A stretch of DNA of 64,000 nucleotides from Owenweeksia hongkongensis DSM 17368 (GTDB taxonomy: Bacteria > Bacteroidota > Bacteroidia > Flavobacteriales > Schleiferiaceae). A program made the position numbers and the translations under genes. The stretch spans positions 8,196-72,195 of the forward strand of contig CAMDTE010000002.1 of NCBI GenBank assembly GCA_945907425.1, in the 5' to 3' direction. The notes below the pieces were generated by a model. It saw only the letters and a program-made list of their open reading frames with translations. It was not told the DNA's origin and ran no database searches. Shown here piece by piece: positions 43,074-52,238 of the stretch; positions within the stretch are counted from its first letter, which is position 1; each line of letters starts with the position of its first letter.

Positions 43074-43922
43074 TTAAAAAGAGATCGAGTGAACAGGGTT
43101 GATCGCCTTTCCTCCGGACCACAATTCAAAATGAATATGTGCCGAAGGCCCCTCAAAGCCTCTGCCTAAAAGAGCGATGGCCTCTCCGGCCCGGACTCGC
43201 GCTCCCCGGCGCTTGAGGACAGCGGAAGCGTTGCTATAATAGGAAACAAGATCATGGGCATGCTGCAAACAAACCGTATACCCCATGGCGGGAGACCAGT
43301 CGCTGTATATAACCACCCCGTCCAAACACGCCTTCACAGCCGTTCCCTCCGCAGCAGCGATATCCACCCCCCAGTGATTTTGACCGGGAGCAAACCCGCG
43401 CAAGAGGGTTCCTTGCACGGGGGCTGTGTACGATAAGGAAGCGGCTACTTTTTGGGATGGAGACAAACTAAATTTTTCGGACGCCTGAACGGTTTCTATG
43501 AAGGATTTTTCTACTTTCGACGGTTTCAGTTTTTCAAAAGAAGCGACGACGGACGCCGGAGGATTAGGGTCGAGAGAATCGATGGGTAATGTCCCCTGGA
43601 GAATGGCCTCCAATGTGGACCACACGGCGGTTTGTTGCGCCAAAACGGACTCCAACGAGTCCGTTTTGGCGGCCAGCGTCACGGCGGTTCGGCGAAGTTG
43701 TGTACTTGCGTACCCCGGAATGTATTCCCGCAAAGGAGTGTAGGCTATCAACACAAGCGTGAGCAACACCAAAGTGATAGCGGAAGAGCCTACCACGATA
43801 AAAACATTCAATGCACTCAGATTCAAAGAGAAACGCTCTTCAAAACTCTGCGTATCCACCAAAACCACACGGTACTTGTGCAGCCATTTTTTAGTCCAAA
43901 GAGGGAGTTTCCGCTGGGCCAT
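43074..43922 (-). CDS. M23-family metallopeptidase, membrane-anchored
   Basis: 282 aa from ATG 43922 with a TM helix (NVFIVVGSSAITLVLLTLVLIAY). LytM motifs HWGVDIAA and HIHFELW. Confidence 0.8.
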   Translation of the reverse strand: MAQRKLPLWTKKWLHKYRVVLVDTQSFEERFSLNLSALNVFIVVGSSAITLVLLTLVLIAYTPLREYIPGYASTQLRRTAVTLAAKTDSLESVLAQQTAVWSTLEAILQGTLPIDSLDPNPPASVVASFEKLKPSKVEKSFIETVQASEKFSLSPSQKVAASLSYTAPVQGTLLRGFAPGQNHWGVDIAAAEGTAVKACLDGVVIYSDWSPAMGYTVCLQHAHDLVSYYSNASAVLKRRGARVRAGEAIALLGRGFEGPSAHIHFELWSGGKAINPVHSISF

Positions 43923-43926
43923 GGAA

Positions 43927-43934
43927 CAAATGTA
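43927..43934 (-). promoter_or_regulatory. -7 box TAcaTTTG, 4 nt upstream of M23 ATG 43922
   Basis: The minus strand reads TACATTTG-ttcc-ATG. Exact consensus. Confidence 0.5.
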
Positions 43935-43958
43935 GGCAACCCATCGGGCCAAAAGAAA

Positions 43959-43966
43959 TAACTTTG
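43959..43966 (+). promoter_or_regulatory. -7 box TAacTTTG, 28 nt upstream of ATG 43995
   Basis: Exact TAnnTTTG in the 72-bp divergent region. Confidence 0.45.
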
Positions 43967-43994
43967 CACGGATTGCGTTATACAACGCCAAAGG

Positions 43995-46220
43995 ATGAAA
44001 AGGAAACCAAACACGACGCTTGTTTCGCTCACCGCATGGACGGTTGTCTGTTGTTTGGCCCTCATGCTGGGCAGCTGCAGTCGCACAAAAGACAAAGCCA
44101 TTCCGCGATTCTACCATAGAACCACAGCGAAATACAATATTTTATTCAACGGAACCGAGGCGATTGGAGAAGCGGTTTTTACGAACGAATCGGGACACAA
44201 AGACGATTTTTCTGCTTTTATTCCCCCTTATCCAGGCCGCGGAAAAACAGAAATGGAATCGGCGGAGCAAGCGGCAAAACGAGCAGTTGAAAAAGCGACA
44301 AAAGCAATCAAGGAACATTCCATGATGATCGGCGGGTCGCAGAAAAATACCGCGATTTTTGATGCGTACATGGTGATGGGGCGCGCTTTTAGCGCGTCCG
44401 GCCAACCGTTCAAGGCTATGGAAGCCTTTGGACAGATTTTGCGAAATGCGCCCAAATCCAAACAAGCGTATTTTGCCAAATGGGAAGTGGCGCGTTTGTA
44501 TGCAGAACAAGGAAATGTTTTTGCATCGAATAATTTGCTCGAAGAATTGGACCGCCATCGGGAAACACCCAAAAAGTTGCTGCCACACATCCGCGCTGTG
44601 TACGCAATGCTTCGAATGGCAGAGGGGAATTTTTCAGAGGCACACGATGAGATTCGAGTGGCGTCGACTTTGCTTCCGAGGAATGCGCTGCGCGCTCGAT
44701 GGCATTTTTTGGAAGGACAATTGGCAGAAAAATTAGGCGAGGGAGCGCGCGCGGGAGAAGCCTATGCGCACTGTGCTCGGGCCAATCCAACGCAATACGA
44801 AATGACCGTTGAGGCCGGGATCCGATCGGCCATGCTTTCGGCGGCGTCGAAAACACCCGGCAAGAGATACGACGCGCTGGAAAAAATGGCTAAAGAGCCA
44901 AAAAACAACACCTACCGCGGACAGATTTTTTATGCCATGGCACAAGTGGCACTGACAGCAGAGGACAGGCCCAAAGCCTTTCATTCTTTCGGCCGCAGTA
45001 TTCAAGCGAGCGCGACCCAGCCGGAGCAAAAAGGCTTGTCTTTTGCTGGCCGAGGTCAAATGTACTTTGAGGACGCGGTGTACCCTACCGCACAGTCGGA
45101 TATTGACTCCGCTGCTTTGTTACTCCCTGAGGGACATGCTCAAAAAAGCGCGCTAGAAAAAAGACGACGCGCCTTGAACCACCTGGTGGAGGAGCTCCAT
45201 CTCATTTCATTGCAGGACAGTTTGCTGCAACTCTCTCCCAAATCCGACGCAGAATTGCGCGAGTTTTTTCAAGAATACATCGCTGACTTGAAGGAAAAAG
45301 AATCCAAAGAGGCCAAGGCAAAGCAACGAGCAGAGGAGTTGGCCGCCCTCCAAGCGGAGCGCAATTCCTTGCTCGCCAATGCGGGCCCTCAGGCCGGACA
45401 ATCCGTGGGCGCATGGCTATTTTATAACCCCTCTGTTCGGGCGGCGGGCATGGCATCCTTTCAAAAGCGCATGGGGAGTCGGTTGGACGTGGACAATTGG
45501 AAATGGAGCGCGTTGACCACTGGACAATCCGAGGCAAACACAGAGGGCCCTACACAGAATGGCGCAGCGCGAGATGCAGTGGTTTCGCCTACGGGCCTAG
45601 AGAAATACAATGCGGAGTCCTACCTAGCGCTGGTTCCTCGCACGGAAGCGGCCAGAGATTCGGCAAGAGCTATCATCCGACGCGCGAAGGTGCGCTTAGG
45701 AGCCGTTTACCGAGATGAAATTTTAGATCAAGCGCTGGCCACGGAAACCTACGAGCAGTGGCTCAAGGACTATCAATCCCTGAAGTATCCCGAGGAGCCC
45801 CTCGTTCACTATGCATTGATGCGGTTGTATGTAGCAGACGAAAAACCCATTCGAGCGGAGGAATACCGCAGAAACGTGTTGACTCGTTTCCCAAAATCTA
45901 AATTTGCTGCCCTTTTGCGAGGGGAAATGCCGACGGATAACGGAAAAGAAAATCCTGCGCACGAGTTTTATGCCAAAGCCCTGGAAAGTTTTCAGAACAA
46001 CAAAACCACGGAAGCCATGGAATGGCTTGCGAAAGTCCATGGGCTGAACTCGAAAAAAGCCCTACTAACGGCGTTGATCATTGGTAAAACCCAAGGGGTG
46101 AAACCGTATACAGAAGCCTTGCGATCAGTGGCCAAAGAATACACCAACACGCCGGAAGGGGCAGCGGCTCAGAATTTTTTACTCGCTCTGGGTGAAGAAA
46201 TTACAACGCAGGGTATGTGA
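43995..46220 (+). CDS. 741-aa TPR-like lipoprotein, possibly the T9SS periplasmic lipoprotein PorW/SprE
   Basis: Lipoprotein signal ...CCLALMLGSC. N-terminal FYHRTTAKYNILFNG resembles what I recall of SprE/PorW N-termini. Helical-repeat composition throughout. The organism clearly has T9SS cargo. The specific PorW/SprE call is tentative. Confidence 0.6.
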   Translation: MKRKPNTTLVSLTAWTVVCCLALMLGSCSRTKDKAIPRFYHRTTAKYNILFNGTEAIGEAVFTNESGHKDDFSAFIPPYPGRGKTEMESAEQAAKRAVEKATKAIKEHSMMIGGSQKNTAIFDAYMVMGRAFSASGQPFKAMEAFGQILRNAPKSKQAYFAKWEVARLYAEQGNVFASNNLLEELDRHRETPKKLLPHIRAVYAMLRMAEGNFSEAHDEIRVASTLLPRNALRARWHFLEGQLAEKLGEGARAGEAYAHCARANPTQYEMTVEAGIRSAMLSAASKTPGKRYDALEKMAKEPKNNTYRGQIFYAMAQVALTAEDRPKAFHSFGRSIQASATQPEQKGLSFAGRGQMYFEDAVYPTAQSDIDSAALLLPEGHAQKSALEKRRRALNHLVEELHLISLQDSLLQLSPKSDAELREFFQEYIADLKEKESKEAKAKQRAEELAALQAERNSLLANAGPQAGQSVGAWLFYNPSVRAAGMASFQKRMGSRLDVDNWKWSALTTGQSEANTEGPTQNGAARDAVVSPTGLEKYNAESYLALVPRTEAARDSARAIIRRAKVRLGAVYRDEILDQALATETYEQWLKDYQSLKYPEEPLVHYALMRLYVADEKPIRAEEYRRNVLTRFPKSKFAALLRGEMPTDNGKENPAHEFYAKALESFQNNKTTEAMEWLAKVHGLNSKKALLTALIIGKTQGVKPYTEALRSVAKEYTNTPEGAAAQNFLLALGEEITTQGM

Positions 46221-46252
46221 GTTTAGGCAATTTTTTGCACCTTTATCCCCTT

Positions 46253-46672
46253 ATGTTTCAATCGACAAAATCCACCATGGAACAACCTCAAATCAGCAAC
46301 CGGATCTTGGCCGGAACAGAAATTATTGGTGACATCAAATCATCAGGTGACTTGCGCGTTGACGGGCGCGTAAAAGGCAACGTACAACTTGCCGGTAAAT
46401 TGGTCATTGGAGACAAAGGCCACGTGGAGGGCGAAGTGCAGTGCGTGGAAGCCACTATAGGAGGCGGTTTCAAAGGAAAAATCCAAGTGAAGAATTTGCT
46501 GACGTTTCAGCAAACAGCCAAAGTACACGGTGACGTGATCACGGGCAAACTGGCCGTAGAATCGGGTGCAGAGTTTGTGGGGCAGTGCGCCATGACCTCT
46601 GTTGTTCGGGAATTGAACGATCCTTTATCGACAAAAACAGAAGCGATTGCCGCCGACAAACGTGCCGTATGA
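46253..46672 (+). CDS. bactofilin (polymer-forming cytoskeletal protein)
   Basis: Beta-helical repeat core GDIKSSGDLRVDGRVKGNVQLAGKLVIGDKGHVEGEVQCVEATIGGGFKGKIQV...VHGDVITGKLAVESGAEFVGQ. Start is ambiguous: GTG 46217 overlapping the upstream stop, ATG 46253, or ATG 46277. Confidence 0.75.
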   Translation: MFQSTKSTMEQPQISNRILAGTEIIGDIKSSGDLRVDGRVKGNVQLAGKLVIGDKGHVEGEVQCVEATIGGGFKGKIQVKNLLTFQQTAKVHGDVITGKLAVESGAEFVGQCAMTSVVRELNDPLSTKTEAIAADKRAV

Positions 46673-46857
46673 ATAAATACGCGCGCTTTATGGGGGTTGC
46701 CTTTCAAATGGGCGCCGTCATTGGCGGGTTTACTTGGCTGGGCGTACGCTGCGACCAGTGGCTTTCTTGGGAACCTTGGGGAACGGTCGTTTTCTCTCTG
46801 CTAGGAGTCATTTTGTCCATGGCGATGGTGATTCGCGAAGTAAATTCAAACAAATGA
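46669..46857 (+). CDS. AtpZ/AtpI-like small membrane protein
   Basis: 62 aa from ATG 46669 (MNKYARFMGVAFQMGAVIGGFTWLG...) with two TM helices. ATGA overlaps on both sides (46669-72, 46854-57). Confidence 0.65.
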   Translation: MNKYARFMGVAFQMGAVIGGFTWLGVRCDQWLSWEPWGTVVFSLLGVILSMAMVIREVNSNK

Positions 46858-47204
46858 AAGGACTATACGCAATGTATCCCCTGGTGGCGGGACTTCATTT
46901 TTTGCTTATTTCTGGCCTTGAAAGGCCGTTTTATTTTTTAGGTGATGTGTACTTGGTCATCATGGGGATGGGCCTTGTTTTTCTTTTAGAAACCGTTCAA
47001 AAAACAGCTCCGCACAAAGTGGGAACGGCTTTTTTGGCGGGCACATTGATTCGAATGCTTTTAGGGTTGGTGGTGGTTATTTTGCCATTGATCAAAAGCA
47101 AACCGGAGGGATTTAAAAGTTTTGCATTGGAATTTGTGGCGGTGTATTTGGTGATGGCTGCCATAGAAACAAAAGCGATGATTCGGATTGTAAACAAACG
47201 ATAG
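46854..47204 (+). CDS. hypothetical membrane protein of the atp operon leader region
   Basis: 116 aa from ATG 46854 (MKGLYAMYPLVAGLHFLLISG...) with 3-4 hydrophobic helices. Confidence 0.55.
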   Translation: MKGLYAMYPLVAGLHFLLISGLERPFYFLGDVYLVIMGMGLVFLLETVQKTAPHKVGTAFLAGTLIRMLLGLVVVILPLIKSKPEGFKSFALEFVAVYLVMAAIETKAMIRIVNKR

Positions 47205-47224
47205 GATAATTCGGTTCGCTGACG

Positions 47225-47232
47225 TATTTTTG
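47225..47232 (+). promoter_or_regulatory. -7 box TAttTTTG, 20 nt upstream of atpB ATG
   Basis: Exact TAnnTTTG in the 48-nt gap before atpB. Possible internal promoter. Confidence 0.4.
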
Positions 47233-47252
47233 CCGCGCATTTCAGAAGGCTC

Positions 47253-48359
47253 ATGATAAAGCGCAAACTCGTAGGATTATTTATAGCAGTGGCTTTGTTT
47301 TTGGCCCCCGTTGTTGGGACGAAGGCAGCTACACCCGATCATGCTGCGCCTTCCGAGGAAAAAGCAGACGCTCCGTTTGACCCTACGGAACTGATCATGC
47401 ACCACGTGAAAGACAGTCACAGCTGGCATTTATTTGACTTGAACGGCCACGCATACAGCGTGCCTTTGCCCGTTATTTTATGGACAACCCACGGGTTTGT
47501 GGTTTTTTCTAGCAGTGAATTTCATCACGACAGCGAAGGGAAAGTAGTGGTTCAGCGCAACGGCATGTCCTTTGTGAATCATCACGAGAAAATCCATTTT
47601 GCCGAAGAGGGCGAAAACCACGGGACGTTAATCGACGTGTCCATCACTAAAAACGTGGCTTCCATGTTGTTTGTGGCGGTTTTATTGCTCCTGCTTTTCC
47701 TTTCAACCGCAAGATTTTACAAGACAAAACAAGCGATAGAAAAGGCCCCGTCTGGGCTAGCCGGCTTTTTAGAGCCCCTGATTTTGTTTGTGCGTGACGA
47801 CATTGCCAAGGTGAATATTCCCGCTAAACAGGTGGATCGATTCACCCCGTATTTATTGACGCTGTTTTTCTTCATATGGTTGAACAACATGCTGGGATTG
47901 ATCCCCTTCTTCCCAGGAGGCGCAAACGTAACCGGAAACATCGCAGTAACCTTGGTTTTGGCTGTGTTTACCTTCTTGATTACCAATGTAAACGGAACCA
48001 AGGATTATTGGTTGCATATATTTTGGATGCCAGGAGTGCCCATTTGGTTACGTCCCGTTTTGGCGATAGTGGAGTTTATCGGGTTGTTCACGAAACCTTT
48101 TTCGTTGATGATTCGTTTGTTTGCCAACATCACCGCTGGCCACATTATTGTGATCAGCTTGGTGTCTTTGGTATTTGTTTTTGAAACCGTTTTGGTTTCC
48201 CCAGGATCTGTGTTGTTGACGCTCTTCATTTCTACTTTGGAATTGCTAGTGGCGGCATTGCAAGCTTTTGTGTTTACTATGTTGACGGCGTTGTATATCG
48301 GAACGGCTCTTGAGTCGCACGATGACCACCACGAAGAAGAGATTGAACACGCTCATTAA
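47253..48359 (+). CDS. atpB: F0F1 ATP synthase subunit a
   Basis: 368 aa. The conserved Arg helix region LMIRLFANITAGH. N-terminal extension with a signal-like segment. Confidence 0.9.
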   Translation: MIKRKLVGLFIAVALFLAPVVGTKAATPDHAAPSEEKADAPFDPTELIMHHVKDSHSWHLFDLNGHAYSVPLPVILWTTHGFVVFSSSEFHHDSEGKVVVQRNGMSFVNHHEKIHFAEEGENHGTLIDVSITKNVASMLFVAVLLLLLFLSTARFYKTKQAIEKAPSGLAGFLEPLILFVRDDIAKVNIPAKQVDRFTPYLLTLFFFIWLNNMLGLIPFFPGGANVTGNIAVTLVLAVFTFLITNVNGTKDYWLHIFWMPGVPIWLRPVLAIVEFIGLFTKPFSLMIRLFANITAGHIIVISLVSLVFVFETVLVSPGSVLLTLFISTLELLVAALQAFVFTMLTALYIGTALESHDDHHEEEIEHAH

Positions 48360-48395
48360 TTTATTTCACTTGTTTCACTTTAAAAATCAAAAATC

Positions 48396-48599
48396 ATGAC
48401 TGGTAGTATTGCTGCACTTGGAGCTGGACTCGCTGTATTGGGAATCGGCCTCGGCATTGGTCGCATTGGTGGATCCGCTATGGACGCTATCGCTCGCCAA
48501 CCAGAAGCTTTCGGCAAAATTCAAACCGCCATGCTGATTTCCGCCGCCTTTATTGAGGGAGCGGGTCTCTTCGGCATCGTTGTATCGTTGTTGAAGTAA
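48396..48599 (+). CDS. atpE: F0F1 ATP synthase subunit c
   Basis: 67 aa hairpin protein with the AIARQPE loop and a carboxylate helix (AAFIEGAGLFG). Confidence 0.9.
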   Translation: MTGSIAALGAGLAVLGIGLGIGRIGGSAMDAIARQPEAFGKIQTAMLISAAFIEGAGLFGIVVSLLK

Positions 48600-48620
48600 T
48601 TCTCGTACCTATACGGACAT

Positions 48621-48642
48621 CCCGCGGCCCTAGGGCCGCGGG
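48621..48642. repeat. perfect 22-nt GC-rich palindrome (stem-loop) between atpE and atpF
   Basis: CCCGCGGCCCTAGGGCCGCGGG equals its own reverse complement. It can fold as a 9-bp GC stem with loop CUAG. No adjacent U-run. Confidence 0.8.
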
Positions 48643-48687
48643 GGAGCCCGTGGGTATATTTTAAGAACCCTTTCAACGTTCCATCGC

Positions 48688-49182
48688 ATGGATTTAGTAA
48701 CGCCCGGTTTTGGCTTAATCGCCTGGACCACCTTCACCTTCCTACTTTTGGTGGCCCTTTTAGGCAAATTTGCCTGGAAGCCCATCTTGACTATGGTCAA
48801 AGAACGCGAAGCGTCTATTGACATGGCCTTAAAAGCTGCGCATGCGGCCAAGGCGGAAATGGCCGCTTTGCATTCAAGCAACGAGCAATTGCTCAAAGAA
48901 ACACGCGAAGAGCGCGAACGCATCCTGAAAGAGGCGCGTGAAATGCGCGAAAAGACGATTTCTGATGCTAAATCGGCGGCTTCTAGTGAGGCAGCTAAAG
49001 TATTAGAAACAGCGCGCGAGCAAATCCACAACGAAAAAATGGCAGCCATGACGGAGGTGAAAAACCAAGTGGCTCAATTGGCCGTGGAGATGTCTGAGCG
49101 CATTCTTCGGGCAGAACTTCAAAACGCCGCAGCTCAGAAAGCCATGGTAGATCGCGCTTTGCAAGACGTAAACCTGAACTGA
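48688..49182 (+). CDS. atpF: F0F1 ATP synthase subunit b
   Basis: 164 aa. N-terminal TM helix (GLIAWTTFTFLLLVALLGKFAW) followed by a long charged helix. Confidence 0.9.
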   Translation: MDLVTPGFGLIAWTTFTFLLLVALLGKFAWKPILTMVKEREASIDMALKAAHAAKAEMAALHSSNEQLLKETREERERILKEAREMREKTISDAKSAASSEAAKVLETAREQIHNEKMAAMTEVKNQVAQLAVEMSERILRAELQNAAAQKAMVDRALQDVNLN

Positions 49183-49186
49183 TTCC

Positions 49187-49744
49187 ATGAGCACACTACG
49201 CGCAGCCAATCGATTTGCCAAGGCCTTGATAGACCTCGCTCGTGAGCGTGGCGTCATGGATGTGGTGAAGGCCGACGCAGACGTATTGCTGATCGTCCTT
49301 CAAGAGAGTCGTGAGTTTCGCGTCTTTTTGAAAAGTCCGACCATCAAGCCTGACCAGAAAATCAAGTTGCTCCGTACAACGTTTGCTCAACAATTGAACG
49401 AAATGACCTCGCTCTTTCTGGAATTGTTAGTAAAACACGGCCGAGAAGCACATCTTCGCGCTATTTTAGAGAAATACGTGATGTTGTATTTGATCGATAA
49501 AAAAGTAGTTCGAGCGCAGGTAACATCTGCCACTGCGCTAACGACAGAACAAAAAAATCAATTGATGGATCTGCTCAAAACACCTTCTATTTCCGGAGTT
49601 GTTTTAGAGGAAATCATCAACGAAGACCTTATTGGTGGATTCGTATTGCGCGTAGGGGACAAACAGGTGGACGCCTCGGTTGCCCACGGTCTTCGCCAAA
49701 TCGAGCGCCAGTTTGAAAAGAATTTGTACATCTCAGACCTCTAA
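49187..49744 (+). CDS. atpH: F0F1 ATP synthase subunit delta
   Basis: 185 aa, OSCP-like. Position between atpF and atpA. Confidence 0.85.
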   Translation: MSTLRAANRFAKALIDLARERGVMDVVKADADVLLIVLQESREFRVFLKSPTIKPDQKIKLLRTTFAQQLNEMTSLFLELLVKHGREAHLRAILEKYVMLYLIDKKVVRAQVTSATALTTEQKNQLMDLLKTPSISGVVLEEIINEDLIGGFVLRVGDKQVDASVAHGLRQIERQFEKNLYISDL

Positions 49745-49756
49745 ATATAGAATATC

Positions 49757-51337
49757 ATGGCAGACGTTAAGCCGGCAGAAATTTCTGCCATCCTTCGCCA
49801 GCAACTTTCGGGCTTTTCTTCCGAAACAAAATTAGAAGAAGTAGGCACCGTATTGCAAGTGGGCGACGGTATCGCTCGTGCGTACGGCATGCAAAATGCA
49901 CAATCGGGCGAATTGGTTGAATTTGAATCGGGCCTTCGAGGTATCGTGTTGAACCTGGAAGAGGACAACGTCGGTATTGTATTGTTGGGCCCGGCGGAAG
50001 ACATCAAAGAGGGATCTACGGTAAAACGCACCGGCGTAATCGCTTCTATTGAAGTAGGCGAAGGCATGCTGGGTCGTGTGGTGGACACCCTAGGGAACCC
50101 CATTGACGGGAAAGGACCGATTGAAGGAAAGCGATACAATATGCCGTTGGAGCGGAAAGCCCCCGGGGTAATTTTCCGTCAACCGGTGAACGAACCCTTG
50201 CAAACCGGCATCAAAGCCATTGACGCGATGATTCCTGTAGGCCGAGGCCAGCGGGAATTGATCATCGGGGATCGTCAAACCGGAAAAACGACGGTTGCCA
50301 TCGACACGATTCTAAACCAGAAGGAATTCTTTGATAAAGGGGAGCCTGTTTTCTGTATTTACGTTGCCATTGGACAAAAAGGATCAACCATTGCCGCCCT
50401 GGCGAAAAACCTGGAGGAGAAAGGCGCGATGGCCTATACGGTCATTGTAGCGGCCAACGCTTCTGATCCTGCCCCGATGCAATTTTATGCTCCTTTTGCC
50501 GGAGCGGCTATTGGTGAATTTTTCCGCGACTCGGGCCGCCCTGCGTTGATTATTTACGATGATTTATCCAAACAGGCAGTAGCCTATCGCGAAGTATCCC
50601 TCTTGTTGCGCCGCCCTCCGGGACGTGAGGCATATCCAGGAGACGTATTCTATTTGCACAGTCGCTTGCTGGAGCGTGCGGCCAAAATTATCAAGGACGA
50701 TACTATTGCTGCCCAAATGAATGATTTGCCCGAGTCCATCAGAGGACTTGTTAAAGGGGGCGGTTCATTGACAGCACTGCCGATTATTGAAACCCAAGCC
50801 GGCGACGTTTCGGCATACATTCCAACCAATGTGATTTCCATTACGGACGGTCAGATTTTCTTGGAGGCCGATTTGTTCAACGCCGGTGTTCGTCCTGCGA
50901 TCAACGTGGGAATTTCTGTATCGCGCGTTGGGGGCAATGCCCAAATCAAACCGATGAAAAAGGTGGCGGGCACGTTAAAACTAGACCAAGCGCAATACCG
51001 TGAATTGGAAGCCTTTGCAAAGTTTGGCTCTGATCTGGATGCCGCAACCATGAAGGTGATCGACAAAGGCCGACGCAACGTGGAAATTTTGAAGCAAACG
51101 GTGAACGACCCCATGAGCGTGGAAAAGCAAGTGGCCATCATCTATGTTGGCACCAAAGGAATGTTGAATTCCATCCCGGTAAACAAGACCAAGGCATTTG
51201 AAAATGCCTTTTTGGAATTGATGGAAAACAAGTACAAGGGAACGCTCGACGCCATTCGCAAGGGTACTTGGGGAGATGCCGAGATGAATGCCATTGAGAC
51301 AGCCGCCAAGGAAATCATGCCGGCCTTTACCGCTTAA
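49757..51337 (+). CDS. atpA: F0F1 ATP synthase subunit alpha
   Basis: 526 aa. Walker [10 protein letters not shown]. Characteristic [26 protein letters not shown]. Confidence 0.97.
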   Translation: MADVKPAEISAILRQQLSGFSSETKLEEVGTVLQVGDGIARAYGMQNAQSGELVEFESGLRGIVLNLEEDNVGIVLLGPAEDIKEGSTVKRTGVIASIEVGEGMLGRVVDTLGNPIDGKGPIEGKRYNMPLERKAPGVIFRQPVNEPLQTGIKAIDAMIPVGRGQRELIIGDRQTGKTTVAIDTILNQKEFFDKGEPVFCIYVAIGQKGSTIAALAKNLEEKGAMAYTVIVAANASDPAPMQFYAPFAGAAIGEFFRDSGRPALIIYDDLSKQAVAYREVSLLLRRPPGREAYPGDVFYLHSRLLERAAKIIKDDTIAAQMNDLPESIRGLVKGGGSLTALPIIETQAGDVSAYIPTNVISITDGQIFLEADLFNAGVRPAINVGISVSRVGGNAQIKPMKKVAGTLKLDQAQYRELEAFAKFGSDLDAATMKVIDKGRRNVEILKQTVNDPMSVEKQVAIIYVGTKGMLNSIPVNKTKAFENAFLELMENKYKGTLDAIRKGTWGDAEMNAIETAAKEIMPAFTA

Positions 51338-51349
51338 AGCACTCCGTCG

Positions 51350-52210
51350 ATGGCCAATCTAAAGGAACTTCGCAACCGGATTGCATCGGTGTCTAGCACC
51401 ATGCAAATCACCTCGGCCATGAAAATGGTCTCAGCGGCCAAGTTGAAACGCGCGCAAGATGCCGTGACGCAGATGCGCCCGTACGCGCAGAAATTAAACG
51501 CGTTGTTGAGCAATGTCAGCGCCACATTGGATTCTTCAGAGAATCCGTATGCTGTGAAGCGTCCTGTGCAACGGGTTTTGGTGTTGCCGGTGTGTTCCAA
51601 CCGCGGATTGTGCGGAGCATTCAATACGAACATCTTTAAGGCGACCAAGGCATTGACTGCCCAATACGCCGGAAGAGGAGCTGAGGTTCACGTGTTGAGC
51701 ATTGGAAAAAAGGTGGGCGATTTGATGCGAAAAACGACCACAGTGATTGGAGATCACAATGCGTTGATGAGCGCGGTCACTTTTACTGGCGCGGAATGCG
51801 TGAGCGCAGAAGTGATGGAAGCGTTTTCTTCTGGGGCATACGATGAGGTTTACGTGATTTACAATCAGTTTAAAAATGCGGCGGTGCAATCGGTTCAAAC
51901 CGAATGTGTATTGCCCATTGCATCGCCCGAGGTGACCCACCAGAACAATACGGATTATATTTATTCGCCGAGCAAGGAAGAAATCCTCATGGATTTGATT
52001 CCTACGACGCTGAAGGTGCAAATTTTCAAGGCCTTATTGGATTCTGTGGCCTCCGAACACGGAGCGCGGATGACGGCTATGCACAAAGCGACAGATAACG
52101 CGGGCAGCATGCGCAATGCGTTAAAGTTGCAATACAACAAAGCGCGTCAGGCATCCATTACCAATGAAATTTTGGAGATCGTCTCTGGTGCGGAGGCGCT
52201 CAACGGATAA
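51350..52210 (+). CDS. atpG: F0F1 ATP synthase subunit gamma
   Basis: 286 aa. MANLKELRNRIASVSSTMQITSAMKMVSAAKL and C-terminal ITNEILEIVSGAEAL. Confidence 0.95.
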   Translation: MANLKELRNRIASVSSTMQITSAMKMVSAAKLKRAQDAVTQMRPYAQKLNALLSNVSATLDSSENPYAVKRPVQRVLVLPVCSNRGLCGAFNTNIFKATKALTAQYAGRGAEVHVLSIGKKVGDLMRKTTTVIGDHNALMSAVTFTGAECVSAEVMEAFSSGAYDEVYVIYNQFKNAAVQSVQTECVLPIASPEVTHQNNTDYIYSPSKEEILMDLIPTTLKVQIFKALLDSVASEHGARMTAMHKATDNAGSMRNALKLQYNKARQASITNEILEIVSGAEALNG

Positions 52211-52224
52211 TGGCCTAATTCTTG

Positions 52225-52232
52225 TACCTTTT
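52225..52232 (+). promoter_or_regulatory. near-consensus -7 box TAccTTTT, 6 nt upstream of kinase ATG 52239
   Basis: The plus strand reads G-TACCTTTT-cagggc-ATG. One mismatch. Confidence 0.35.
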
Positions 52233-52238
52233 CAGGGC

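Noticed and set aside
51536-52021. 161-aa minus-strand ORF opposite atpG, and similar antisense ORFs opposite atpA, the MBOAT gene and its partner (for example 61113..61721 and 61631..62281)
   Set aside because: They are fully contained in confidently identified sense genes and have no motifs. Their composition is R/H/C-rich, typical of antisense frames.
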